Shown here: positions 25,364 to 38,136 of the stretch, in pieces
Numbering within the stretch: the stretch's first letter is position 1
Layout: the number at the start of each line of letters is the position of its first letter
From: Piromyces finnis finn
Taxonomy: Eukaryota > Fungi > Neocallimastigomycota
Length of the DNA stretch: 64,000 bases
NCBI GenBank assembly: GCA_002104945.1
Contig: MCFH01000032.1
Coordinates: 186,001-250,000 of the forward strand
Direction: 5' to 3'
The notes under the pieces: generated by a model
Database searches by the model: none
Told to the model about the DNA's origin: nothing
Seen by the model: the letters and a program-made list of their open reading frames with translations, nothing else
Made by a program: the position numbers and the translations under genes

Positions 25364-26151
25364 TGTAATAATTATTATATATTTAATAATAATTATTATC
25401 TACAATATAATAATACAAATCGTAATATGTATTATTAAATTGAGAAGTTTCTTAATAGTAAATAAAAATGAATACTTATCTTAAAGAGTTTATTATAAGT
25501 GAATTATAATAACAAACACAAAATATTAAGACTATCTTTAATGTAAATATTTTTTATGAATATAGTTTTTGAAAGGGTTATTTATTATAATTGTTTTAAA
25601 ATAATAACTCTGGATTCTTTAGTGGAATTCCAGAGTCCTTATATTTATAATTTGTTGATAATTTAAAGTTTAATAAAGAATTTCTAATCTTAACAAATAA
25701 TCTTTTTAGGAAAAGACTAGAAGAAAAACCTAAAAAGATATTCGATTGATAACTAATATATCAATCATCGTAATATTAAGTAAAACCGATTAAAATTCGG
25801 AAAAACCTTAATATCCGATTGTCCTAATATGTATTTATATTTTCTAATTGTTTCTATAAGTTATTTCAAGATACGATACATAAATATAAAATACAAACGT
25901 AAAATAAAATATATAATGTTTCTTATAAAATGTAATACAAAAATTATTAATTAAAAAATAAATGAATGTTTACTATTATTTTAAATATATTACTAAATTA
26001 AATAAATAAATAATTAATATAGTAATTAAATAAATTTTAAATTAAGTAAATGGAATAATTAATATCAATATAGATAAATGTTTATAGTAATTTAAATGAA
26101 TGTATGCTAATAGTTTAAATAAATAATTAATTTAATAATTAAAAAATAATT
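25364..26151. mobile_element. Putative solo LTR, family F, missing its last ~44 bp
   Basis: Starts TGTAATAATT after AAA. Reverse-complement match to 27208-28031. Cut off by E at 26152. Confidence 0.65.
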
Positions 26152-27151
26152 TGTAAAAGTTTTACTAAACTTATAATTTAATATTAAAATATTAAATTAA
26201 ATAAAAGGTTAAAAGATAACTAGGTTAGAAAAAAAATGTTTTATTAAAATAATCTTAATTGATTTATAAATGAATAATTATATTATGTATTATAGTTAAA
26301 ATAATTCCTTTTTATTTTATTTAAAGAATATATATAATAATAAGATTATTTAATAGTAATACTTATTAAGTATTAATAAGATAATAATCTTTACAAAGAT
26401 TTAATTCATAAAACTATTCTAAACTATTTATACTATTTGTAATTTTACATTTAATACTAAAATAACTTTTTAGTACATGATTATATTCATAATATATTTT
26501 ATAATACTAAGGCTAAACTTAAGACTTACTACTAATTATTAAAAATAACTATTGTTTATATATTTATAATATTAATTATTTCTTAATTATAATATAATTC
26601 ATTGAATATAATATTAATAATTATAATCCTCTAGTTCAAAGATTATAAATTATGTTATTGAAATAATTATTATAAAATAAAGTTAATTAGTTCCGGAAAA
26701 TAATTTTAATTTAATTAAACAATAATTTTTTATACTTTGAGTGAATGATTTATGTTTGATATATCAGGGGTGATCATTCTCTGAATAAACAATTAATCAT
26801 TGCTAACAAAATATCTTTAAATTGGAATATCTCGTGAACCAGCAGAGATATTGACCTGATTTTAAGATATGTTGTTTGTCTCGAGCGTGGCTTTCTAACG
26901 AACTTAATTATAACCAAAAAAGATACGCGTGTTTTTTCTTATTCCATTTTAACGATAAGGGTTAAAGTTATTTATTATAAAAATTATTAAGGGTTAAGGT
27001 CATATTTTAACCTTTTCTAAATTTTTAAATATTTCTTAATAAAATTTTATAATTTATTTGAAAATAAAATATTTGTTGATTTTGAATTTTCATAAGTGAT
27101 TTCACAATTCCAAGTGATCTTGAAATTGTAATTTCACTAGTATTCGTGACA
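26152..27151. mobile_element. Solo LTR, family E (1000 bp)
   Basis: TGTAAAAG..CGTGACA; near-identical to 56391-57976 once the SINE is removed. Left flank is family F, right flank is a family D end (27152-27203). Confidence 0.8.
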
Positions 27152-28031
27152 TTATTATTATTATTATTATAAATTCATAATTTATAAATTTAATTATTTA
27201 TCAAAAATGTAAGAATTAATAATTATTTTTTGTATAAATTAATTCTTATTTAATTATTTTTTAATTATTAAATTAATTATTTATTTAAACTATTAGCATA
27301 CATTCAGTTAAATTACTATAAACATTTATCTATATTGATATTAATTATTCATTTACTTAATTTAAAATTTATTTAATTACTATATTAATTATTTATTTAT
27401 TTAATTTAGTAATATATTTAAAATAATAGTAAACATTCATTTATTTTTTAATTAATAATTTTTGTATTACATTTTATAAGAAACATTATATATTTTATTT
27501 TACGTTTGTATTTTATATTTATGTATCGTATCTTGAAATAACTTATAGAAACAATTAGAAAATATAAATACATATTAGGACAATCGGATATTAAGGTTTT
27601 TCCGAATTTTAATCGGTTTTACTTAATATTACGATGATTGATATATTAGTTATCAATCGAATATCTTTTTAGGTTTTTCTTCTAGTCTTTTCCTAAAAGG
27701 ATTATTTGTTAAGATTAGAAATTCTTTATTAAACTTTAAATTATCAAAAAATTATAAATATAAGGACTCTGGAATTCCACTAAAGAATCCAGAGTTATTA
27801 TTTTAAGACAATTATAATAAATAACCCTTTCAAAAACTATATTCATAAAAAATATTTACATTAAAGATAGTCTTAATATTTTGTGTTTGTTATTATAATT
27901 CACTTATAATAAACTCTTTAAGATAAGTATTCATTTTTATTTACTATTAAGAAACTTCTCAATTTAATAATACATATTACGATTTGTATTATTATATTGT
28001 AGATAATAATTATTATTAAATATATAATAAT

Positions 28032-28852
28032 TGTAAAATATTGTATTAATAGAATAATGTATTTAATACGTATTTAAAATAATGTACAATGTATTGAATT
28101 AATGTACCGTAAATCTTTACAATATTTATATCACAATACATTAACATAAATTTATGTAAATCTAATTTTATGATAAGATAAAGTTTTTGATGATAAAATA
28201 AATTTTTTAAATTAAATAATTTTTAACCAATAAATATTTAGATGAGAAAAAATTTTTTTTTATAAACTAAGCCTCAAAACTCAAAATTAGAAATAAATAA
28301 ATTAAATATATGTTTGAAATATAATCAACCATATAGTAAATAAATCAAAACTTTATTTTAAGTTTAGAAAATTCTTTAGTAAATAAATTGAATTTAAATA
28401 GTTTAATACAAATAATTTCTTTTAATAAATGTATAAATATAAACAATGTAAAATTATAATATTAAAACATGTATATTAGAATTTATTCAATTTATTTAAA
28501 AAGTATAAATAAAGAAAATTTTTCAACTATTGAAACGATAGTTGGAAAATCGTATAGTTTAGTTATATAGTTAGTTTAGATTATTAGTTTTAATTTAATT
28601 AGTTAATAAGTGATTACCTAGTGAGGGCTCTGGTGAAATAACCTTCACGGTAAAGTAATCAACGGTTGTTTTAGTTTTAGTTTAGTTTAGTTTAATATAA
28701 TTGAATAAATAAATAAAGTTTAATAATAAATAAATTTATAACTAGTGTTAGTTTGATTTAGTGTATACAAACCTGAACTTAGAATAGAATATTTTACAAT
28801 TTTCCAACTTATTAGAATAGAAAGTTCACCTTTGTATACGAATAGTAATAGA

Positions 28853-28885
<33 letters not shown>

Positions 28886-28943
28886 TTAATTATAGTGAGA
28901 ATTTAATAATAGATTAAATTCGGGGATTATATAAAAAATATTA

Positions 28944-28979
<36 letters not shown>

Positions 28980-31900
28980 TTTGTTAGAAATTAATTTTAG
29001 TTAATTTCGGGGTATTTTATAATTATTTGGTATAGAACAATTTGTTGTTAAAATAGTTTAATAGTTAATAATCAATAAATAATAATAATAAAAATATATT
29101 AGTTTGGTTAATAACTAGTTGTTAGTTTAGTAGTAGTAAATAATAAAAAGGTTAGTATAGTATAATAATAAGGTTGTTAAATTATTTATTTAATATAAGA
29201 ATAAAATAATTAGGAATAGTCAAGTTGAATAGTATAAATAATTGGGATATTAAATATTGGTTGACTATTTGTTGTTTATTAAGTAGTAATATGAATACTA
29301 GATATAGAATGTTAGACAACCGTGACGATGGAATAGCTGGAGTCAGTGACGCAGGCTCTGAGGCGAGTTCCATGATGGATATTGAGGATGAGACTGGTAA
29401 AAGCGTTAACACCAGGGGAAAACTCATCCCAAAACCTCCAAGATTTTCGGGAAAAAGAAGTGAACTTCTTTACTTCCTGGCAAGATTGGAGAAATACTTT
29501 AAATATAACTTGGAAGAAGATGCTACCGACGCCTACAAGCTGGATATATTGGGATGCTACCTGGAAGGAACCGCCGCCGAATGGTTTGCCGACTTGGAAA
29601 GAGAAGAAAGCCCCCTGTTGAACTCCTATGAAGATTTTATTGAGGCAATGAAGGCTCGCTATAAAACCTGTAACAGTGCCGATGTAGCCAACAGTCGACT
29701 TGCAAAGTTAAAATCAAGCCAATTCAAGAACGTCATGGACTACTGCGAGGAATTTGAAAAGATGGCTAGAGACTCGTCCTTTAATGATGAAGCAAAGATC
29801 CATTTCTTTATGGAAGGTTTACCAACTTCAGTCAAGGAAAAAGCGAAGCTCCTTTACCCAAGAATTAGAAAGATAACTGAGTTAATTAATGTTGTTGCTG
29901 CCAATGTAGAAGTAGAATGGAAAGTCTTCGGAAAGGATCCTATGGATGTCGACGGAAAGAAGAACCGAAGATATAACAGAGACTTAGGAACAAGGTACCT
30001 CTCTTATGGTGTAAAATATAGAAATTATGTAGATCAAGAAACCCTTACAACCTCAGCTAAGCCTAGAAAATGTTTCTTCTGCAAAAGGACTGGACATATT
30101 AAGAAGGATTGTCCTCAACTTAAGGATAAGGTTATAAATAGACCAAAAGCGTTTATGGCTACTACCGCTGGAAGAAGAATGTTAAATGTTTATGACATTC
30201 TATTACAAGTCAATAATGGAGTGTATCTTAAAGCTCTTGTGGATTCTGGTTCGGACTTAGACTTTTTGGATTGGAAAGCCGTGGACAAGTACAAGATCCC
30301 ATTCCAAAGAATGTTTAAGGATAAGTTTGTTGAAGGTATAGGTGGTAATGGATTCTTGAAGTATGAAACAATTCCTTTAATCATGAACATCAAGAATCAT
30401 AAAGAATCCATTCAATTCTACCTTACTGATCTTCCTTCTGGTATTTCTGTCATTCTGGGTAAGAATTGGTTAAGAAAACACGATCCTACAATTAGCTTTA
30501 AGGATCAAACTCTTGAATTCAAATCCGAATTCTGTTCTTTGAATTGCTGTGCTACTCCAGAAGACATGAAAAGAAGAAATCAAGAAGCGCAATTGGCCAA
30601 AGAAGAAGAAAGAAGAAAAGAAAAGGAACTCGTACAAGAAATACTTAACAATTATAAGAATAGTTTAAAAATTAGAGAAAGTGAAATTAGGAATAAAGAA
30701 AATAGAAAAATTATAGATAAAAATAAAAATTCATGTATTAAAAAGAAATGTAGTAAAAATTTAAAATTAAATAAAAAGAATGTTCAAAAGTATATTGTAT
30801 GTAGTGTTCTTTCAAATGATGAAAATAGTGGTGAAGATGTTAGAGAAAATGTTATAGAAATTCCAGATGTATATAAGGAATTTGAAAGTGTATTTGATGA
30901 AGTTGAGTGTAATGAACTACCTCCACATCGAATATACGATTGTAAAATAAGATTGAAAGATAAAGATAACTTATTTTATGGTCCTTTATACCCTCTAACA
31001 GAAGAAGAAAGGAATACGTTAAAGGAGTATATTTCTGAAAATTTAGAAAAAGGATTTATTAGACCGTCTACTTCACCTGCCGGAGCACCTGTGTTGTTCG
31101 TTAGGAAAAAGGATGGGACTTTAAGATTGTGTGTTGACTACCGAAGACTCAATGAAAACACAATCAGAGATTCATATCCGTTGCCTCTCATATCAGAATT
31201 ATTCGATAGATTAAGGGAAGCAAAAGTATTTACTAAACTTGATCTCAAGTCTGCTTATAATCTAGTTCGAATAAATGAAGGTGATGAATATAAGACTGCA
31301 TTTAGGACAAGATTTGGTCACTTTGAATATCTTGTCATGCCGTTTGGATTAAAAAACGCTCCTGCAACTTTCCAACATTTTATCAATGATGTTCTCGGGG
31401 AATACTTGGATGAATTCGCCTTTTCTTATATTGATGATATTCTTATCTATTCGAAAAACTTGGAAGAACACCGAAAGCATGTAAAGAAAGTTCTTCAAAG
31501 ATTAAAAGAAAATGGTCTTTATGCGAAACTTAGCAAATGTGAATTTGAAACTTCAGAAACTACTTTCTTAGGGCATGTTATCTCAGATAAGGGAATCTCT
31601 ATGGATCCAAAAAAGGTTAAAGCTATTATGGAATGGCCTGTGCCAACATCTGTTAAAGAAGTTCAGTCGTTTATTGGATTATGCAATTATTATAGAAGAT
31701 TTATTCCAAACTTTGCTGGTATTGCTAAACCGTTACATAATCTAACTAAGAAAGATGTCAATTTTCATTGGCCAGAAGAATGTAATGAAGCTTTTTGTAT
31801 ATTAAAGAAATTCTTTACCGAGGAACCAATTTTAATTCATGCTGATCCTGCATTACCTTTTGTGGTTGAGACAGATGCAAGTAATTTTGCAATCGGTGCT

Positions 31901-34571
31901 GTATTGTCTCAAAGGTTACCGAATAATAATGAACTTCATCCAATTTGTTATTATTCAAGGGGATTGACTAAATCGGAAAAGAATTATCCTATTTATGATA
32001 AGGAACTTTTGGCTGTTATTGAAGCTTTGAAACAATGGAGACATTACTTAGAAGGAGCTAAGCATCAATTTATGATCTACACAGATCATAAAAATCTTAC
32101 TTTTCCAAGGAAGCCCGAATTATTATCGCAAAGACAAATTCGATGGAATTTGTTCTTAACACGTTATGACTTCAAAATACAATATAGACCGGGTAAAGAA
32201 GGTGGAAAACCTGATGCTTTTTCAAGACGCCCTGATTATGAAAAGGAAAAAATTAATAAAGAAGATGAAGAAGCTTATTCCTGTTTGACAGTTAAAGAAA
32301 TCGAAGATACTTTATGTCTTGTGTCTATTCAAGGGAATCTTAAAGAAGATTTAGTTAAAGAAATTAAAGAAGATGAAGAAATTAAAGAGTTAATAAAAAT
32401 ACTACAAGGAAAATCTACCGCAAATAAGAAGTATAAGAAATTAATGAAAAATTTTAAGTTAAGCGAAGAAGGAATTCTTTTGTATAAAAGTTTAATTTAT
32501 GTACCAAAGAAAATGAGAGATATAATAATCTCAATGCATCATGACAATCCAATTCATGGTCATTTTGGTATTATTAAAACAAAAGAATTAATTACAAGAA
32601 ACTTTGTTTGGATAAACATGACTCAAGATATAGTTAAGTTTATTGCTTCTTGTAAAGTTTGTGGAGCTGCTAAGGTTGATCGTCATAGACCTTATGGATT
32701 TTTACAGCCGTTACCTACTCCTGAAAGACCGTGGTCTTCTGTTTCAATGGATTTTATAACTGATTTGCCAAAGTCAAAGGAAAAAACAGTTATAATGGTT
32801 GTTGTGGATAGATTAACGAAGATGGCTCACTTTATTCCGTTTAGAATGATTCCTACTGCTCAAATTGCTGCTGATGTTTTCTTTAGAGAAGTTTTTCGTT
32901 TACATGGTCTACCTGATGAAATAATATCGGATCGAGGAACCCAGTTTACTTCAGAATTTTGGCAAAGATTATGCACTTTGTTGAACATAAAGCACAATAT
33001 TTCGAGTGCTCACCATCCTCAAACAGACGGGCAGACTGAACGTGTAAATAGTATATTAGAACAATTTCTTAGATGTTACATTAACAAAAGAAAAGATAAC
33101 TGGATGAATCTTCTGCCTTATGCCGAATTTGCGTATAATAATACACTTCAGCAATCTATAAATCAAACACCATTCTTTGCAAATTATGGGCAAAATCCAA
33201 GATTTAATACCGATATTCCTGCTGATAGTGACAACAGAAGAGCTAACAGGCACGCCTCTCAGATGCAAGATAATATTAAATTTTTAAAGAAGAACTTAGA
33301 AAAAGCCAAGGAAAGATATAAGAAGTATGCCGATTGTATTAGACTTATTGGACCTAAGTTAAAGGTTGGTGACTTAGTTTGGTTAAAGCGTCCTGACTTA
33401 CTTCCTAAAGGACCTCCAAAATTAACAAATAAGAAACTTGGACCATTTAAGATTATTGAAAAAACAGGACCCGTTTCTTATAAATTGGAACTACCAGAAA
33501 GTTTAAGATGTCATCCCGTTTTCCATATTTCGAACTTAGAACCTTATGTTGAAAGAGAAGTTGAAGTGAATGAATCAACTTCTAGAATTCCAAACATTGC
33601 TACCGATTCTGTTGAAGGAAGAATTCCATTGAAGATAGTTAGTGAAAAAGTTGTTAATGGAATTAAGTACTACTTTATGGTTTGGAAAAACTTATTACCT
33701 TCAGAAAGTACATGGCTTAAAGAAGATGAAATCGATGACCCTCAAATGATCCAGGAATACCTTAAATATAAGTCGCTCAGGGGCTCGACTTAAGAAGAGG
33801 GGCATGTAAAATATTGTATTAATAGAATAATGTATTTAATACGTATTTAAAATAATGTACAATGTATTGAATTAATGTACCGTAAATCTTTACAATATTT
33901 ATATCACAATACATTAACATAAATTTATGTAAATCTAATTTTATGATAAGATAAAGTTTTTGATGATAAAATAAATTTTTTAAATTAAATAATTTTTAAC
34001 CAATAAATATTTAGATGAGAAAAAATTTTTTTTTATAAACTAAGCCTCAAAACTCAAAATTAGAAATAAATAAATTAAATATATGTTTGAAATATAATCA
34101 ACCATATAGTAAATAAATCAAAACTTTATTTTAAGTTTAGAAAATTCTTTAGTAAATAAATTGAATTTAAATAGTTTAATACAAATAATTTCTTTTAATA
34201 AATGTATAAATATAAACAATGTAAAATTATAATATTAAAACATGTATATTAGAATTTATTCAATTTATTTAAAAAGTATAAATAAAGAAAATTTTTCAAC
34301 TATTGAAACGATAGTTGGAAAATCGTATAGTTTAGTTATATAGTTAGTTTAGATTATTAGTTTTAATTTAATTAGTTAATAAGTGATTACCTAGTGAGGG
34401 CTCTGGTGAAATAACCTTCACGGTAAAGTAATCAACGGTTGTTTTAGTTTTAGTTTAGTTTAGTTTAATATAATTGAATAAATAAATAAAGTTTAATAAT
34501 AAATAAATTTATAACTAGTGTTAGTTTGATTTAGTGTATACAAACCTGAACTTAGAATAGAATATTTTACA
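28032..34571 (+). mobile_element. Full-length Ty3/gypsy LTR retrotransposon (chromovirus-like) 1
   Basis: 767-bp LTRs 28032-28798 and 33805-34571 (TG..CA, no differences seen by eye), TSD ATAAT, PPT AAGAAGAGGGGCA, single gag-pol ORF. Confidence 0.97.
29290..33793 (+). CDS. Gag-Pol polyprotein (Gag, CCHC, protease, RT, RNase H, integrase, chromodomain-like tail)
   Basis: CFFCKRTGHIKKDC, ALVDSGS, YIDD, VETDAS, HDNPIHGH..CKVC, SMDFI, SDRG, QTER, YFMVWKN..ESTW. First ATG at 29290; the ORF track starts at an upstream TTG. Confidence 0.95.
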
Positions 34572-34598
34572 ATAATTATTACAAAAAAATTGTAAAGA

Positions 34599-34670
34599 AG
34601 CAGCGTAGCGCAGTGGAAGCGTGGTGGGCTCATAACCCACAGGTCGTATGATCGAAACATACCGCTGCTA
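34599..34670 (+). tRNA. tRNA-iMet: Initiator tRNA-Met (CAT), copy 2
   Basis: Identical to 9842-9913. Confidence 0.97.
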
Positions 34671-34732
34671 AGAAATTTTAATTTTATTTTTTTTAACAAA
34701 AGCCTTGTTCGCCGTGCGTAACGGCAAAAGAT

Positions 34733-36551
34733 TGAATGGGCATTGTATAATGAAATGGAATTTGGTATCCAGAAATGTTCAACAATGGTGATTCATCCTG
34801 AATCAATAGAAAATCGGAACAAGAAAGATCCAACATTTTACTTAGCAGGAAAACCCATTCCAACTACTGACTGCTACACTTATCTTGGTGTTCCATTTGA
34901 TAAGAATTTGTCCCTTAAACCAGTTATTAAAACTCTTAATAACAAAGTTCTGAAAGTATTCTTTTCAGTCAGTAAATTCTTAAAAAATCCTGATATTCCT
35001 ATTTCTTTCAAAAAGCTAGTACTTAACTCACAAGTGATTAACAGAGTTTCATACTTTGCACCATTACTTGGATCCAACAAAGCTAGGTCTAGGATTGCTC
35101 AGAAGCATGTTAACAAAGGAATACGATGGGTTGCCGGAGTTCATAAAGCTGTATCGTTTATATCTTTATACTCTATTTCAAAAGATTTGAGTATTCCTCC
35201 ATTGTCAGCCAAATGTGCGTTAGCTCAGGTTTGATGTTTTAACAAATGGAAAAACTCGAATTGTATTATCTCACACCTTGTCAATTACATTCCTAAATTT
35301 AGAAAATATACATGGTGCAAATCAAGTAGGACACTTGATAAAAAACTAAAGAAACATGGAGATGTTAAAGCAGTTAAAAACTTTTATTGGAAAGATCTCA
35401 AAGGAAATTCAATCAAAGCACAATATTATGATGATAATAAATTTATTGAAACTAAAGATTTTATCAAATTATGTTATGAGTACCCAGAATTTGCCTATGG
35501 TTTCTACTGGCTATTGAAAGCAAGAAGCGGATACAAGTTGGATGCTAGAGTTGCAAAAGCTGCTAAATTTGTTGATCCAGTTTGTCCTAACTATTGTCCA
35601 TGTTGCAAGTGTGGTGTTCAAAGTATTAAACATTGGTTATTAGATTGTCCAACATTTAGAGATATCCGTATTAAACATTATGATTCCATAGTCCAGCTAT
35701 TAAATTTTTTCAGTCAACGTAATTCCAATAGTCCTATCAATAATAATGAAAATGTTAATATCAGTAGAGATAGCAATAACAGTAATAGTAATAGTAACAA
35801 TAGTACTAATAATATTAACAATAGTAATAGTAACAATAGTAATAATAACAATAATAATAATAACAATAATAGTAATAGAAATAATAATATTAGTAATGAT
35901 AGCAATAGTGAAGATAATAATTCTAATTTAGATAGTAATTTAGTTAATGATAGTAATAGTTCTAATAATCCGGTGAATATTAATGTGTATGATTATTCTA
36001 GTGTGTGCAGTAAAATATTTAAATTCCTTATTGGGGGAAGAAGTTTTAACAATATCAATTACAATTTAAGGGAATGGAAAGAACTTTGCAAGTGTCAGAT
36101 TCAATCTGGCACTAATGAAGGAACACCATTCTTGACGGTAACCGCGGAACTTCTAACCAAAATCATGCCTTTTGCTATTGGCCAGCAATGGTCAATGTTC
36201 AAAAGGTTTGAAGCAACATCCAAGAGCGTCAATACTGAGGAAACAGTAAGACAGGCCAGGAGGGCCAGCACAACCAATGGAGATCATAATTTTGTTCCAT
36301 GACAAAATTTTGATCTTTGGCTCGGTGTCCCATTGGAAGTCAAATACAATTATTATACTTTAGTATAATAGTGGCTTTCTTACTTTAATTAAAATTACTA
36401 GAATACATTATACCCAATTTTTATTCATTCGTGTTTATTTAAACATATTTTTTTTATTTTTATTTTTAATTTTTTTTTATAACATGTATTATAATTTTAA
36501 TTAAATTAATAATAAAGTTTAAAAATATTTGATACCGTTAAAAAAAAAAAA
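34733..36551 (+). mobile_element. 5'-truncated LINE, copy 3 (non-functional)
   Basis: Starts within RT (EWALYNEMEFG), in-frame TGA at 35232-35234, same 3' UTR, poly(A). Begins 62 bp after tRNA copy 2. Confidence 0.93.
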
Positions 36552-36622
36552 GTCGATGTTGGTTTTTTTGGTAATAGTGGACTCTTAATAGATAAGATTA
36601 TATATTTTTCCAATACACAAAA

Positions 36623-37198
36623 TGATATTAATCTTAAATTTAAAATTTAATTCAAAAAGTGATTATTACATTATATCTTACTGTATAACTGTAATAAAAT
36701 CAATAACTATATGCAATAAAAGGAATAAAAGTAATTAGAAATAACAATAAAAGAAATAATTAAAAGCTAAAAAATATAAAAAGTTGTTTATTTTACAATT
36801 AAAGTAATAAATATTTTAAATGTTTATTTTACAATTAATTAAAGTAATAATTATTTTTAATATTTTAATAAAAGTGTTTAATTATACTATTTTATAACAT
36901 GAATTATTATATTTGTTTACTTTTAAAGTGTAATTTACTAAAGAAATTATTAAATATTTAATTTAACAATTAATTTAACAAAAGTTATATATTTTGATCT
37001 CGATTAATTAAAGTTTATTATTTTCTTTCAATAATCAAAATATATGCAGTGTTAAGGATTAATTTTATTTTAGAATTTTGGTACAGTAATTAGTTAAACT
37101 AGAACTTATTTTAAAGTTACTTTTAGGGTTAACTTAATCAGGTTTAATAATAATTTTATATTTATTAATTTTATATTTATTAATTTCATTATTTATCA
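36623..37198 (-). mobile_element. Solo LTR, family A/H, second copy at the same flank position
   Basis: Near-identical to 21612-22190, with the same 71-bp left flank. Confidence 0.75.
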
Positions 37199-38136
37199 AA
37201 ATGATAACGGATTGGTAGTTATATTACAACTTTTTAACTACTTCTTCTGTTATCTTATATTGTTTTATCTCGACAGTTATTGTACGAGCTTTAACAATAT
37301 CTACTAATTTTATTTAATATATTTAATTTGTTTTATAATTTTAATAGTTTTATTATTTAATAATATTTATATAGAATAATAACACCAGATTTATTCTATA
37401 AAATATTATTTATTATTAACACAATAATCACAAATTAGACAAGTTTAATTTCGTTTTTATATTTTCTTTTATTTATTGTTTTTACACTCTTTTTAACAAT
37501 AATTTTATTATATAAAAACTTATTTTTGTCTTTTAAATATTATTATGTATTAACTAATTAATTATATCAACTATCATTAAAATTTAACTTATTATTAATA
37601 GTCAAAGTCTTCCCATTTTCTACTAAAAATTATTATTATTCTTTATATTAAAAATTATTTTTATAATTTAACCCAATCAAATATATAAATTTATAAAATA
37701 TTTGATTTTATGTAAATTATATTTTTATAATAAACTATATAAAATTATTTAATAATTATTTTATAATAAAATTTTCTACTTGTGAACATTTATGGACACA
37801 TAATTTTATTTATTTATATCATATATTTATTACACACGTGACTATTTTATAAAAACATAAACATGTATTAAAAGTGTTGTAAACGTAATGTCTACGTGTT
37901 GTAGAGAAAGTTATTTTTTATTTATTTTATTTTATTTTCTATGGTCACATGACCTTACATCTCATTATATAACTGTAATATTTACAATGTAACTTTTTCT
38001 CTTTGTTAACCTTATTAATAAAATTATTTATTAATTAAATTTATTTCACAGATTAAGAGTCTCAAACTCTAATCAATAATAAAATTTCTTAAGAAAAATT
38101 TAAAGCAAAAATTTTTGTGTGTTTAAAAATTTTAGT

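Larger units (their letters stand above)
27208..34583. mobile_element. Putative solo LTR, family F (inverted relative to 25364), split by the Ty3/gypsy insertion
   Basis: TGTAAG..27208-28031, resumes TATTACA at 34577-34583. Ends 15 bp before tRNA copy 2. Confidence 0.7.

Noticed and set aside
21612-27203. TGATA..TATCA units as MITE or Ginger DNA transposons, or integron-like cassettes
   Set aside because: D and H members occur as paired direct repeats with PBS, PPT and a gag start (54487-58025, 59957-62862), identifying them as LTRs. B, C and F lack such proof and remain putative.
25364-28031. Long inverted repeat as the TIRs of one foldback element
   Set aside because: Each arm has its own TG start and A-run junction; two F copies in opposite orientation explain it better.
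9760-34732. tRNA-containing unit as a fresh ~215-bp TSD of LINE copies 1-2
   Set aside because: The two unit copies are much more diverged than the near-identical intact LINEs; kept only as a possibility for an ancient event.
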